Source of the DNA: an uncultured bacterium
GTDB lineage: Bacteria > UBA8481
Assembly: GCA_964499705.1 (NCBI GenBank)
Contig: CAZCME010000004.1
Location: 248,001-290,071 of the forward strand
Direction of reading: 5' to 3'
Length of the DNA: 42,071 bases
Below, one piece after another: positions 8,650 to 17,461 of this stretch. The position numbers were made by a program, and so were the translations under genes. The notes beneath the pieces are model-generated. The model was not told where the DNA came from and did no database searches. It was given only the letters and a program-made list of their open reading frames with translations. Within the stretch, counting starts at the first letter, position 1. Each line of letters begins with the position of its first letter.

Positions 8650-9554
8650 TCATGACCTTGATGCCCGTGCTCCTGGGAATGTTCCTGGCGCCGATCCTGC
8701 CGGGACTCGTCAACCGGACCAAGGCCGTCCTCGCCGGCCGCAACGGCCCGCCGCTGTTGCAGCTCTGGTTCGACATCATGAAACTTCTGCAGAAGGGAGC
8801 CGTCTACAGCCGCACCGCCACATGGGTCGTCCGCGCCGGTCCGATCGTGGGGCTTGCCGCGCTGCTGGTCGCACTGGATCTTCTGCCCTTCGGTTCCCAA
8901 TCCGCGCTCCTCTCCTTCAACGGCGATCTCATCGTCTTCGCGTATCTCCTCGGCCTCGCGCGATTCTTCACGGTCATCGCGGCGATGGATACAGGATCGG
9001 CGTTCGAGGGTATGGGTTCCAGCCGCGAGGTTTTCTTCTCGATGCTGGCCGAGCCGGGGCTCATTCTCTCGCTCGCGGCCCTGTGTCGGCATTCGTCGGC
9101 GATGTCCCTGAGCGCCCTCTATCCGCTTCACGATTTCACGCAGCTCCTGGCCGCGCCTCATATCTTCGCTCTTGTTGCCGCGGCGCTCTTCATCGTCTTC
9201 CTGGCGGAAAACGCGCGCGTGCCCGTGGACGATCCGAACACGCACCTGGAGCTCACGATGATCCACGAGGTGATGGTCCTGGATCATGGCGGACCGGATT
9301 TTGCCTTCATCCTTTACGGCGCCGCGCTCAAGTTCTGGATCCTCGGGTCTCTCCTGACTGGTTTATTGCTGCCGTTTCGGACCGGATCGGCCGTCGCCGA
9401 TCTTCTCATGGCCGTTCTCGCGCAGTGCGGCCTGGCTATCGCGGTGGGAGTCGTCGAATCGATGATGGCTCGTATCCGGCTTCTGCGCGTCACCCAGTTT
9501 CTCGTCGCGTCCTCCGTCTTCGCCGCGATCGCGCTCGGTCTCCTGCTGAGGTGA
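8646..9554 (+). CDS. hyfC: Ehr/hydrogenase-4 NuoH-like subunit (HyfC), copy 1
   Basis: ATG 8646 overlaps the hyfB stop (ATGA); 302 aa; KAVLAGRNGPPLLQ, DTGSAFEGMGSSRE, ENARVPVDDPNTHLELTMIHE. Confidence 0.92.
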   Translation: MIMTLMPVLLGMFLAPILPGLVNRTKAVLAGRNGPPLLQLWFDIMKLLQKGAVYSRTATWVVRAGPIVGLAALLVALDLLPFGSQSALLSFNGDLIVFAYLLGLARFFTVIAAMDTGSAFEGMGSSREVFFSMLAEPGLILSLAALCRHSSAMSLSALYPLHDFTQLLAAPHIFALVAAALFIVFLAENARVPVDDPNTHLELTMIHEVMVLDHGGPDFAFILYGAALKFWILGSLLTGLLLPFRTGSAVADLLMAVLAQCGLAIAVGVVESMMARIRLLRVTQFLVASSVFAAIALGLLLR

Positions 9555-9558
9555 ACGC

Positions 9559-10215
9559 GTGAAATCCGGCTTCGACACGGTCATGATCTTTCTCGTCCTG
9601 TCGAATCTCGCGCTCCTCGGATCCAGCCGGCTCGGCATGTGCGTGCGAGCGCTCGCCCTGCAGGGGCTCGTCCTTTCCGTCCTTCCCGTCATCGTCGACA
9701 TGGCAGATATCACGGCCCGTGATCTCACGCTCGGTCTCGGCACCATGCTCGTCAAGGGATTTCTCTTCCCCTGGATCCTACTCCGCACTCTCCGGGATGC
9801 GGGCGTGAGGCGGGAGATCGAGCCGTACGTGGGATACACGATGTCTCTCATCATCGGCGCGGCGCTCCTCGCGCTCGCGCTCTGGCTCGATCGCCGCCTG
9901 CCCCTGCCGCACAGTTTCGTCTCCCCGCTCCTCGTTCCCGTCTCCTTCTTCACCATCTTCTGCGGGCTCTTCATCCTCCTCTCCCGTAAAAAAGCGATTA
10001 CGCAGGTCATTGGATACCTTGTCCTCGAAAACGGCATATACTCGTTCGGGATGGCGCTCGCGCATGAAGAACCTTTTCTGGTGGAGATGGGAATGCTGCT
10101 GGATATCTTCGCGGCGGTCTTCGTCATGGGCATCGCCATCTTTCACATTCACCGCGAATTCGAGCATATGGACACGGCCCGCATGACGCTCCTGAAAGAC
10201 GATTACTCCGGATGA
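9559..10215 (+). CDS. hyfE: Ehr/hydrogenase-4 membrane subunit (HyfE-like), copy 1
   Basis: 218 aa; ALQG, VRREIEPYVG, RKKAITQVIGYLVLENGI, PFLVEMGMLLD. Confidence 0.9.
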   Translation: MKSGFDTVMIFLVLSNLALLGSSRLGMCVRALALQGLVLSVLPVIVDMADITARDLTLGLGTMLVKGFLFPWILLRTLRDAGVRREIEPYVGYTMSLIIGAALLALALWLDRRLPLPHSFVSPLLVPVSFFTIFCGLFILLSRKKAITQVIGYLVLENGIYSFGMALAHEEPFLVEMGMLLDIFAAVFVMGIAIFHIHREFEHMDTARMTLLKDDYSG

Positions 10216-11678
10216 TCGCCGCTCTCCTTCTCGTTCCCACCATCGCCGGGATCCTGACCTTCTTCATCCGATCCGCGGCCGCCCAGCGGCGACTTCTCCG
10301 GCTGACGGTCACCCTGCATTTTCTCCTGACATGCGGCTGCTGGTTCCTCCCCCTGTCCAAGCCCGACGAATCCTCCTGGCTCGGGCTCGACGCGCCCGGG
10401 CTGTTCTTCCTGACGGTCACGAGCATCCTGACGCTGGCGGTGGGCATGTATGCGGCGGCGTTCCTGAGACGGGAAGCCTCGGGTGTGCCGCGGCCGATCG
10501 AATTGATCCGCGCCCTGCCCAACGCTCCGGAAGCGATCTTCAGCGGCTGTTCGCAGCTCTTTCTCGCCGCCATGACGCTCGTCATCGTCAGCAGGCACTT
10601 CGGTCTGCTGTGGGTCGCCATGGAAGCGACGACGCTTGTCAGCGCGCCCCTCATCTATTTCCACCGCAGTCGCCATTCGCTGGAGGCGACGTGGAAATAT
10701 CTCATCCTCTGTTCCATCGGAATCGCGCTGGCCCTCTTGGGAAATTTCTTTCTCGTCGTGGCGGGCACGGGTCACGGCGGTCTTTCGCTCGATGCACTCC
10801 TCGCCGCCGGACCCCATCTCAACGTCCTCTGGCTCCGCGCAGCCGCGATCTTCTTCTTCGTCGGCTACGGCACGAAGATGGGTTTCGCGCCGCTCCATAC
10901 GTGGCGGCCCGACGCCTACAGCGAATCGCCCACGCCGGTCGCCGCGCTTCTGTCCGGAGCGCTCGTCAACTGCGCCTTCTTCGCGCTCCTCCGGGTTCAG
11001 CAGGTCCTGGGAGCGGCGGGGGAGGCGGAATTCGGGAGGGAGCTATTCCTCGGGTTCGGCCTCTTTTCGATCCTCGTCGCCGCGATCTTCGTCATCCGCC
11101 AGGCCGACTACAAGAGGCTCCTGGCTTATTCCAGTGTGGAACATGTCGGCATTCTTGCCGTCGGAGCGGGTCTGGCGAAGGCGGGGCTCATGGGAAGTCT
11201 CCTGCACGCGCTCAATCATTCCCTCGTGAAGGCCATGCTCTTCATGGTCGCGGGAAACATCCTGGCGGCATCGCGCACCAAGTCGATTCCCGAGGTGCGC
11301 GGCATGCTGCGCGTCGTGCCCGTCTCGGCCGTCCTCTGGATCGCCGGATTTCTGGCCATCACAGGTTCGCCGCCGTTCGGAACGTTCCTCAGCGAGTTCA
11401 CCATCCTGAAGGCCGCGATCGATCAGTCGCAATTCTTCGTGGCGGCAGCCTATCTCTTCCTCCTCGTCGCCATCTTCATCGCCGTGGCGCAGCTCTTCCT
11501 CGGGATGGCCCAGGGCGAGGCTCCCGCGTCTTCCGGCACGAGGCAGCCCGAGGCTCTGGCGACGATCGTACCGCCCATCGCGCTCTGCATGCTCGCCCTT
11601 TCGCTTGGGCTCTACGTCCCCGCGCCGCTGCAAGACCTCATGAACGCGGCGGCGCAGACGCTGTCGGGGAGCATGTGA
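10212..11678 (+). CDS. hyfF: Ehr/hydrogenase-4 antiporter-like subunit (HyfF), copy 1
   Basis: 488 aa; LLWVAMEATT, SLEATWKYL, GTKMGFAPLHTWRPDAYSESP, YKRLLAYSSVEH, GSPPFGTFLSEF. Confidence 0.92.
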   Translation: MIAALLLVPTIAGILTFFIRSAAAQRRLLRLTVTLHFLLTCGCWFLPLSKPDESSWLGLDAPGLFFLTVTSILTLAVGMYAAAFLRREASGVPRPIELIRALPNAPEAIFSGCSQLFLAAMTLVIVSRHFGLLWVAMEATTLVSAPLIYFHRSRHSLEATWKYLILCSIGIALALLGNFFLVVAGTGHGGLSLDALLAAGPHLNVLWLRAAAIFFFVGYGTKMGFAPLHTWRPDAYSESPTPVAALLSGALVNCAFFALLRVQQVLGAAGEAEFGRELFLGFGLFSILVAAIFVIRQADYKRLLAYSSVEHVGILAVGAGLAKAGLMGSLLHALNHSLVKAMLFMVAGNILAASRTKSIPEVRGMLRVVPVSAVLWIAGFLAITGSPPFGTFLSEFTILKAAIDQSQFFVAAAYLFLLVAIFIAVAQLFLGMAQGEAPASSGTRQPEALATIVPPIALCMLALSLGLYVPAPLQDLMNAAAQTLSGSM

Positions 11679-11679
11679 C

Positions 11680-13149
11680 GTGACGCTCCGGATCGAGAAC
11701 GGCGGTCGCGTGGATCTCGGGACCTTCCTGGAGATCGACGCGGACGATCTCAGGCGGCGCATGCTGGAGGATCTCGCTGCCGGCGCGCGCCTTTCCGCGT
11801 TCTTCGGCCGTCCCGTCGCGGAGAACCGGATCGAGCTCATGGCCGTCCTGGCCAATAGCGCGACGGGCTTGTTCCACATGTATCGCGCCACGGCTGAAGA
11901 TTCCTTTCCCTCCCTCACACCCGATGCGCCACAGGCGCACTGGTTCGAGCGCGAACTCTCGGAGCAGGCCGGGCTGCGCATCGTCGGACATCCCTGGTTG
12001 AAACCGATCCGTTTCAACACGCCCGGCGCCACGCCCGGCGTCACCGATTATTTCCGAGTGGAGGGCGAGGAGGTTCACGAGGTCGCGGTCGGACCGGTTC
12101 ACGCGGGAGTCATCGAGCCCGGTCATTTCCGGTTTCAGTGCCACGGCGAACGCGTCTTTCATCTCGAAATCTCATTGGGATATCAGCATCGCGGCGTGGA
12201 ACGCGCTCTGAAAGGCGGGCCGGACAAACGGACGATTCATTACGCGGAGACGGCCTCCGGCGACACGAGCATAGGCCACGCGCTGGCGTACAGCGAAGCG
12301 GTCGAAACCCTCGCAAACGCTTCGGTTCCGGCGCGCGGCGAAGCCATCCGTTCCATCGCGCTCGAACTGGAACGGCTGGCCAATCACACGGGCGACCTTG
12401 GAGCGCTGGCCGGCGATGTCGCGTTCCTGCCCACCGCTTCCTTCTGCGGCCGGTTGCGCGGAGACTTCCTCAACATGACCGCGCGGATCTGCGGGAGCCG
12501 GCTCGGTCGCGGACTCGCCCGGCCGGGCGGCGTCGGCTTCGATATCGATGACAGGATGCGCGAGGAGCTCCTCGCTTCGCTCGACAGCGCGGAAAAGGAT
12601 GTGACCTCGGCGGCGGAGCTTCTCTTCGACACGCCGTCCGTCGCCGCGCGATTCGAGGAGACCGGGACGGTCTCCCGCGAGACCGCGCTCGCCATCGGCC
12701 TGGTCGGACCGGCCGCGCGCGCCTGCGGCCTGGAACGCGACGCGCGATTCGAATTTCCGACAGGTCTCTTCCGCTTCACTCATATCCCGCTTTCGACCTG
12801 GCATTCCGGAGATGTCTTCGCGCGCGCCTACGTGCGCTGGTTGGAAATCCAGCGGTCCATCGCCTTCGTGCGCGAACAGCTCCAGAATCTTCCGGAAGGT
12901 CCTGTGCGCGCGGCCGTGGGCGTGCTCGCTCCAAACGCCATGACCGTTTCGCTGGTGGAAGGATGGCGCGGCGAAATCTGCCATGTCGCCCTCACCGATC
13001 AATCCGGAAAATTCGCTCATTACAAGATCGTGGATCCGTCGTTTCATAACTGGTTCGGTCTCGCGATGTCGCTGAGGGACCAGCAGATCTCGGATTTTCC
13101 GCTCTGCAACAAGAGCTTCAATCTTTCGTACTGCGGTCACGATCTGTGA
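11680..13149 (+). CDS. ehrL: Ehr large subunit (HyfG/NuoCD-like) lacking NiFe-binding CxxC motifs
   Basis: 489 aa; NuoC-like HWFERE...GHPW; VGPVHAGVIEPGHFRF, LGYQHRGVE, LELERLANH, VEGWRGE, KIVDPSFHNW. The L1 site reads ETASGDTSIGH (no RxCGxC) and the C-terminus reads DFPLCNKSFNLSYCGHDL (no DPCxxC). Confidence 0.9.
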   Translation: MTLRIENGGRVDLGTFLEIDADDLRRRMLEDLAAGARLSAFFGRPVAENRIELMAVLANSATGLFHMYRATAEDSFPSLTPDAPQAHWFERELSEQAGLRIVGHPWLKPIRFNTPGATPGVTDYFRVEGEEVHEVAVGPVHAGVIEPGHFRFQCHGERVFHLEISLGYQHRGVERALKGGPDKRTIHYAETASGDTSIGHALAYSEAVETLANASVPARGEAIRSIALELERLANHTGDLGALAGDVAFLPTASFCGRLRGDFLNMTARICGSRLGRGLARPGGVGFDIDDRMREELLASLDSAEKDVTSAAELLFDTPSVAARFEETGTVSRETALAIGLVGPAARACGLERDARFEFPTGLFRFTHIPLSTWHSGDVFARAYVRWLEIQRSIAFVREQLQNLPEGPVRAAVGVLAPNAMTVSLVEGWRGEICHVALTDQSGKFAHYKIVDPSFHNWFGLAMSLRDQQISDFPLCNKSFNLSYCGHDL

Positions 13150-13156
13150 GGCGGCC

Positions 13157-13915
13157 ATGATCGATATTCTTCTCGCGCGCTGGAAACAGAAGCACCGCAC
13201 GATCGCATTTCCCGAAACGGAACCATCGCTTCCCGCCCGCTTTCGAGGGAGGCCCGAGTTCGACGCCTCAGCCTGTCCCGAATCGTGCCGGCAATGCGTC
13301 GATGCCTGTCCCACGAACGCGGTGTCATCCACCAGGGACGGAATGAAGCTCGATCTCGGCCGCTGCCTCTTCTGCTCGGACTGCATGGAAGCCTGTCCCG
13401 AGGGCGCGATCCGTTACACGCAGGATTACCGGCTGGCCACGAGAACGCGGGAAGATCTGCTGACGGACGGGAAAACGCTGGCGCTCGCCGCCGCGCTCGA
13501 TGCGAAAATGAAATCGCTCTTCGGCCGCTCGTTGAAGCTCCGCCAGGTCAGCGCCGGCGGATGCAACGGATGCGAAGTCGACGTGAATGTCCTCAACACG
13601 ATCGTCTTCGATCTCGGACGGTTCGGGATCCAGATCGTCGCGTCACCGCGCCATGCGGACGGACTCCTCATCACGGGACCCGTGACCGAGAACATGAAGC
13701 TCGCTCTCCAGAAAACCTGGGAGGCTGTCCCTGCACCGAAGATCGTCATTGCGGTCGGCGCCTGCGCCATCTCCGGAGGACCCTATATCGACCACCCGGA
13801 GGCTCACAACGGAGCATCCTCCGTCGTGCCCGTTGACCTCTTCATCCCCGGTTGTCCGCCGCATCCGATCACGATCCTGGATGGCCTCCTGAGATTACTC
13901 GGGAGGATAGGGTAG
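13157..13915 (+). CDS. ehrS: Ehr small subunit: 2x[4Fe-4S] ferredoxin (NuoI/HyfH-like) fused to a NuoB/HyfI-like domain
   Basis: CPESCRQCVDACP and CLFCSDCMEACP; then AGGCNGCE, ASPRHADGLLITGPVT, VGACAISGG, PGCPPHP. Confidence 0.92.
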   Translation: MIDILLARWKQKHRTIAFPETEPSLPARFRGRPEFDASACPESCRQCVDACPTNAVSSTRDGMKLDLGRCLFCSDCMEACPEGAIRYTQDYRLATRTREDLLTDGKTLALAAALDAKMKSLFGRSLKLRQVSAGGCNGCEVDVNVLNTIVFDLGRFGIQIVASPRHADGLLITGPVTENMKLALQKTWEAVPAPKIVIAVGACAISGGPYIDHPEAHNGASSVVPVDLFIPGCPPHPITILDGLLRLLGRIG

Positions 13916-13937
13916 AGAGTGAAAATCCCCGGGGAGG

Positions 13938-15917
13938 ATGGGATTTGAGAATTCACTCGTGACCGCCTTCCTGCTTATCTCCGCATTGGCCGCCAGCGTC
14001 TTTTCCGGCGTGCCGGGGCTCTTCATGCGAGGCGATCTTCAGCGCGGGCAGAATTTCGCCACGGCGTTGAACATCGCCGGAGCGGTCGCCGGACTGCTGG
14101 CCGTGGCCGGAATCTTTACGACGGGCACGCCGATCCGGATCGAATTTTCGTGGCCGATGCCGTTCGGGCCGCCCGTTCTCATCGCGGATCCCCTTTCCGC
14201 GGTCTTCCTCATTCCCATTTTTCTCATCTCCCCGCTGGGGGCGATCTATGGCGAGGAATACTGGCCGCAGATTGCTCATCCCGAAAACGGCCGGATGCTC
14301 CGCTTCTTCTACGGCCTCCTCACCGCATCAGTGGCGCTCATCTTTCTCGCGGGTCACTGGGTTCTCTTCCTCTTCGGATGGGAGATCATGGCGATCGCCG
14401 CGTACTTCCTTGTGACGACGGAGGATCACGACTCCGAAGTCCGCAACGCGGGATGGATCTACCTCGTCTCGACGCACACGGGAACGCTCGCCGTCCTCGC
14501 GCTCGTCACGGCCCTCTATCACGTGACGGGAACGTTCGCGATGACAAGTCTCGGCCCGGGGATCGCATCGTCGCACACGGGAACGGCCTTGATCCTGCTG
14601 GCCATCGTCGGCTTCGGGTTCAAGGCCGGAATCATGCCCTTCCACATCTGGCTCCCGCCCGCTCACTCATCGGCGCCCAGCCACGTTTCCGCGATCATGT
14701 CGGGAGTGCTCATCAAGACCGGCATCTACGGCCTCGTTCGCTTCTTCTCGCTCGTTCCCGATCCTCCTCTCTCCTGGGGAGGATTTCTTCTCGCGCTCGG
14801 TCTCATATCCGGAATTCTCGGCGTGGCCTTCGCGCTCGGCCAGCACGATCTCAAGAGGCTCCTCGCCTACCACAGCATCGAGAATATCGGCATCATCGTG
14901 ATCGGCCTCGGGCTCGGCATGGCGGGGCGCGCGCTCGATCAACCCGCCTGGATCGCGCTGGGATTCGGCGGAGCGCTCCTGCATGTCGTCAATCACGCGC
15001 TCTTCAAATCGCTCCTCTTCTACGGAGCCGGCGCGGTCATCCATGCGACGGGCACGCGCGAGATGGATCGGCTCGGCGGACTCCTGAAGCTCATGCCGAA
15101 AACCGCGCTCGCGTTTCTGACGGGCGCCGTCGCGATCTGCGGGCTTCCTCCCTTGAACGGTTTCGTCAGCGAATGGCTCATCTTCGTCGGCCTCTTCGAC
15201 TCCGTCGTCTCGCCGTGGTTCTGGGGCGCCTTCGCCGCGCCGGGCCTCGCGCTGATCGGAGCCCTGGCGCTGGCCTGCTTCGTGAAAGCGTTCGGCGCCG
15301 TCTTCCTCGGTACAGCAAGGTCCCGGGAAGCCTCGGCCGCGCACGAACCCGGCCCCTGGATCCGAACGCCCTTCCTGGCCCTCGGCGTCATCTGCCTCGT
15401 CATCGGCATCGCGCCTTTTCTTGTCGCGCCGCTCCTCGATCAGGCCGTCGCCTGCGTTCATCCCTCCGCGGACGTGCTGCCTGCCCTGGCATCGCTCTCT
15501 GTCTTTCCCATGATCTCATGCTTCGCTCTCGCGCTCTTGATCCTCTGCGCCGCCTTCGCGTGGCTCTTCGTCCCCTCGCGTCCCACCATCCCGGCCACGG
15601 TCACCTGGGATTGCGGATATGCCGCGCCCACATCCCGGATGCAGTACACGTCCTCTTCCTTCGCCGACGGCCTGGTGAAACTGTCGCGGTTCGCGCTTCG
15701 CCCCGAGGAACATCGTTCCCGCATCGAATATTTCTTCGAGCGAACCGCGTCCTTTTCGAGCCACGTTCCGGACTTCGTGCTCGATCTCATCATCCTGCCC
15801 TCGTTCCACGGCGCGGCCAGGATCGCCGCGTGGAGCCGCTGGTTTCAGCAGGGTCGCGTCCAGATCTACCTGCTGTATATCGCCGTCACGCTGATCGTCC
15901 TGATGGCTTTCGTATGA
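13938..15917 (+). CDS. hyfB: Ehr/hydrogenase-4 antiporter-like subunit (HyfB-like), copy 2
   Basis: 659 aa; GWEIMA, GFKAGIMPFHIWLPPAHSSAPSHVSA, DLKRLLAYHSIENIG, GLPPLNGFVSEW, TWDCGY...RMQYT. Confidence 0.92.
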   Translation: MGFENSLVTAFLLISALAASVFSGVPGLFMRGDLQRGQNFATALNIAGAVAGLLAVAGIFTTGTPIRIEFSWPMPFGPPVLIADPLSAVFLIPIFLISPLGAIYGEEYWPQIAHPENGRMLRFFYGLLTASVALIFLAGHWVLFLFGWEIMAIAAYFLVTTEDHDSEVRNAGWIYLVSTHTGTLAVLALVTALYHVTGTFAMTSLGPGIASSHTGTALILLAIVGFGFKAGIMPFHIWLPPAHSSAPSHVSAIMSGVLIKTGIYGLVRFFSLVPDPPLSWGGFLLALGLISGILGVAFALGQHDLKRLLAYHSIENIGIIVIGLGLGMAGRALDQPAWIALGFGGALLHVVNHALFKSLLFYGAGAVIHATGTREMDRLGGLLKLMPKTALAFLTGAVAICGLPPLNGFVSEWLIFVGLFDSVVSPWFWGAFAAPGLALIGALALACFVKAFGAVFLGTARSREASAAHEPGPWIRTPFLALGVICLVIGIAPFLVAPLLDQAVACVHPSADVLPALASLSVFPMISCFALALLILCAAFAWLFVPSRPTIPATVTWDCGYAAPTSRMQYTSSSFADGLVKLSRFALRPEEHRSRIEYFFERTASFSSHVPDFVLDLIILPSFHGAARIAAWSRWFQQGRVQIYLLYIAVTLIVLMAFV

Positions 15918-16822
15918 ATATCCTGATCGAGATCCTGGTCCTCATCTTCCTGCCTCCACTGCTGCCCGGCCTGATCAACAGGACGAAAGCCCTCATCGCA
16001 GGTCGCAAGGGTCCTCCCGTGCTGCAGCTCTATTACGACCTCGCGAAGCTCCAGCGGAAGAAGATGGTGCTCTCCTCGACGACGTCCTGGATCTTCTTCG
16101 CCGGACCCGTCGTCACCGTCGCCGCCTGTTTCCTCGCGGCGCTCTTCGTGCCCCAGGGAAATCTTCCCGCGCCGGTGTCCTTCACGGGCGACGTGATTCT
16201 CTTCGCCTACCTGCTGGGGCTCGCCCGCTTCTTCACGGCCGCGGCCGCGCTGGACACCGGATCCGCCTTCGAAGGAATGGGCGCGGCGCGGGAAGTGACC
16301 TTCGCGTGTCTGGCGGAACCGGCGCTCTTCTTCGGGCTGCTCGTCATGGCGCGGCTCTCGGGCGAATTATCCCTTTCCCCAATGCTGGCGAATCCGTGGT
16401 CGTTCGGATGGTCTCCCGGAGCGGCGGCCGCGCTGGCTCTCGTCGCGGCCGGATGGTTCGTCGTCCTGCTCGTGGAAAACTGCCGCGTTCCCTTCGACGA
16501 TCCGAACACGCATCTCGAGCTGACGATGATCCACGAGGTGATGGTGCTCGATCACAGCGGACCCGCGCTGGGGCTTATCTTGTATGGAGCCTCCCTCAAG
16601 TTCTTCGTGCTCGGAGCGCTTCTGCTGCGGCTGCTGGTTCCCTTCTCCTCCGGTAACGCGATCGGCGACATAATGATCTTTCTCGGAAGCATGACGGCTC
16701 TTGCCATCCTCACCGGCATCGTCGAATCGATGATGGCCCGGTTGAGACTGGTTGCGGTGCCGAAAATTCTCGTCGCCGTGACGCTCGTGTCGGCCTTCGC
16801 GCTGGTCCTGCTCGTCCGATGA
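15914..16822 (+). CDS. hyfC: Ehr/hydrogenase-4 NuoH-like subunit (HyfC), copy 2
   Basis: C-terminal part of track ORF 14150..16822; ATG 15914 overlaps the hyfB2 stop; 302 aa; GRKGPPVLQ, DTGSAFEGMGAARE, ENCRVPFDDPNTHLELTMIHE. Confidence 0.92.
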   Translation: MNILIEILVLIFLPPLLPGLINRTKALIAGRKGPPVLQLYYDLAKLQRKKMVLSSTTSWIFFAGPVVTVAACFLAALFVPQGNLPAPVSFTGDVILFAYLLGLARFFTAAAALDTGSAFEGMGAAREVTFACLAEPALFFGLLVMARLSGELSLSPMLANPWSFGWSPGAAAALALVAAGWFVVLLVENCRVPFDDPNTHLELTMIHEVMVLDHSGPALGLILYGASLKFFVLGALLLRLLVPFSSGNAIGDIMIFLGSMTALAILTGIVESMMARLRLVAVPKILVAVTLVSAFALVLLVR

Positions 16823-17460
16823 ATCAAGCCCTCGATCTGCTCCTCGTCTTCGTACTCCTCATGAACTTCCTGATGCTCGGATCGAGCTGGCTCCGTGTCA
16901 TGATTCGCATCGCGGCATTCCAGGGCGTCCTGCTCGCATTCATGCCCCTCTTCATTCACCACGACGGCAGCGGGCGGGTGGCGGCGCTCGCGCTGGGAAC
17001 CGCCGCCGTCAAGGGCGCGCTCATTCCCAGCCTGCTGCTTCGCGCGATGAGAGACGCGAGCATCCGGCGGGAAACGAATCCCTATATCGGATTCGTTCCG
17101 TCGCTGGCGCTCGGCGCGCTGGGAACGACCGCCGCCGTCCTCTTCGCCCGGCTTCTTCCTCTCTCCCCGGAGCATACGGGGACGCTCCTCGTCCCCGCGT
17201 CGCTCGCGACGTTTCTCACCGGGTTCATTCTCCTCACCACGCGCCGCAAGGCGGTGATGCAGGTCGTCGGATACCTCATCCTCGAGAACGGCATCTTCAT
17301 CTTCGGACTGCTGCTCCTCGACGCCATGCCCTTCTTCATCGAGATCGGAGTCCTCCTGGACCTCTTCGTCGCCATCTTCATCATGGGGATCGTCCTGAAC
17401 CACATCAAGCGCGAGTTCTCTTCCTTCGACACGGAACATCTCGCGGACCTGAGGGAATAG
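16819..17460 (+). CDS. hyfE: Ehr/hydrogenase-4 membrane subunit (HyfE-like), copy 2
   Basis: 213 aa; AFQG, IRRETNPYIG, RRKAVMQVVGYLILENGI, PFFIEIGVLLD. Confidence 0.9.
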   Translation: MNQALDLLLVFVLLMNFLMLGSSWLRVMIRIAAFQGVLLAFMPLFIHHDGSGRVAALALGTAAVKGALIPSLLLRAMRDASIRRETNPYIGFVPSLALGALGTTAAVLFARLLPLSPEHTGTLLVPASLATFLTGFILLTTRRKAVMQVVGYLILENGIFIFGLLLLDAMPFFIEIGVLLDLFVAIFIMGIVLNHIKREFSSFDTEHLADLRE

Positions 17461-17461
17461 C

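Noticed and set aside
11680-13149. Functional group 4 [NiFe]-hydrogenase / formate hydrogenlyase
   Set aside because: Both Ni-binding CxxC motifs are absent, and there are no maturation or formate dehydrogenase genes in the window
14150-15913. 890-aa track ORF as a long fusion to hyfC2
   Set aside because: The first ~588 codons are an Arg/Pro-rich off-frame shadow of hyfB2; the real start is ATG 15914
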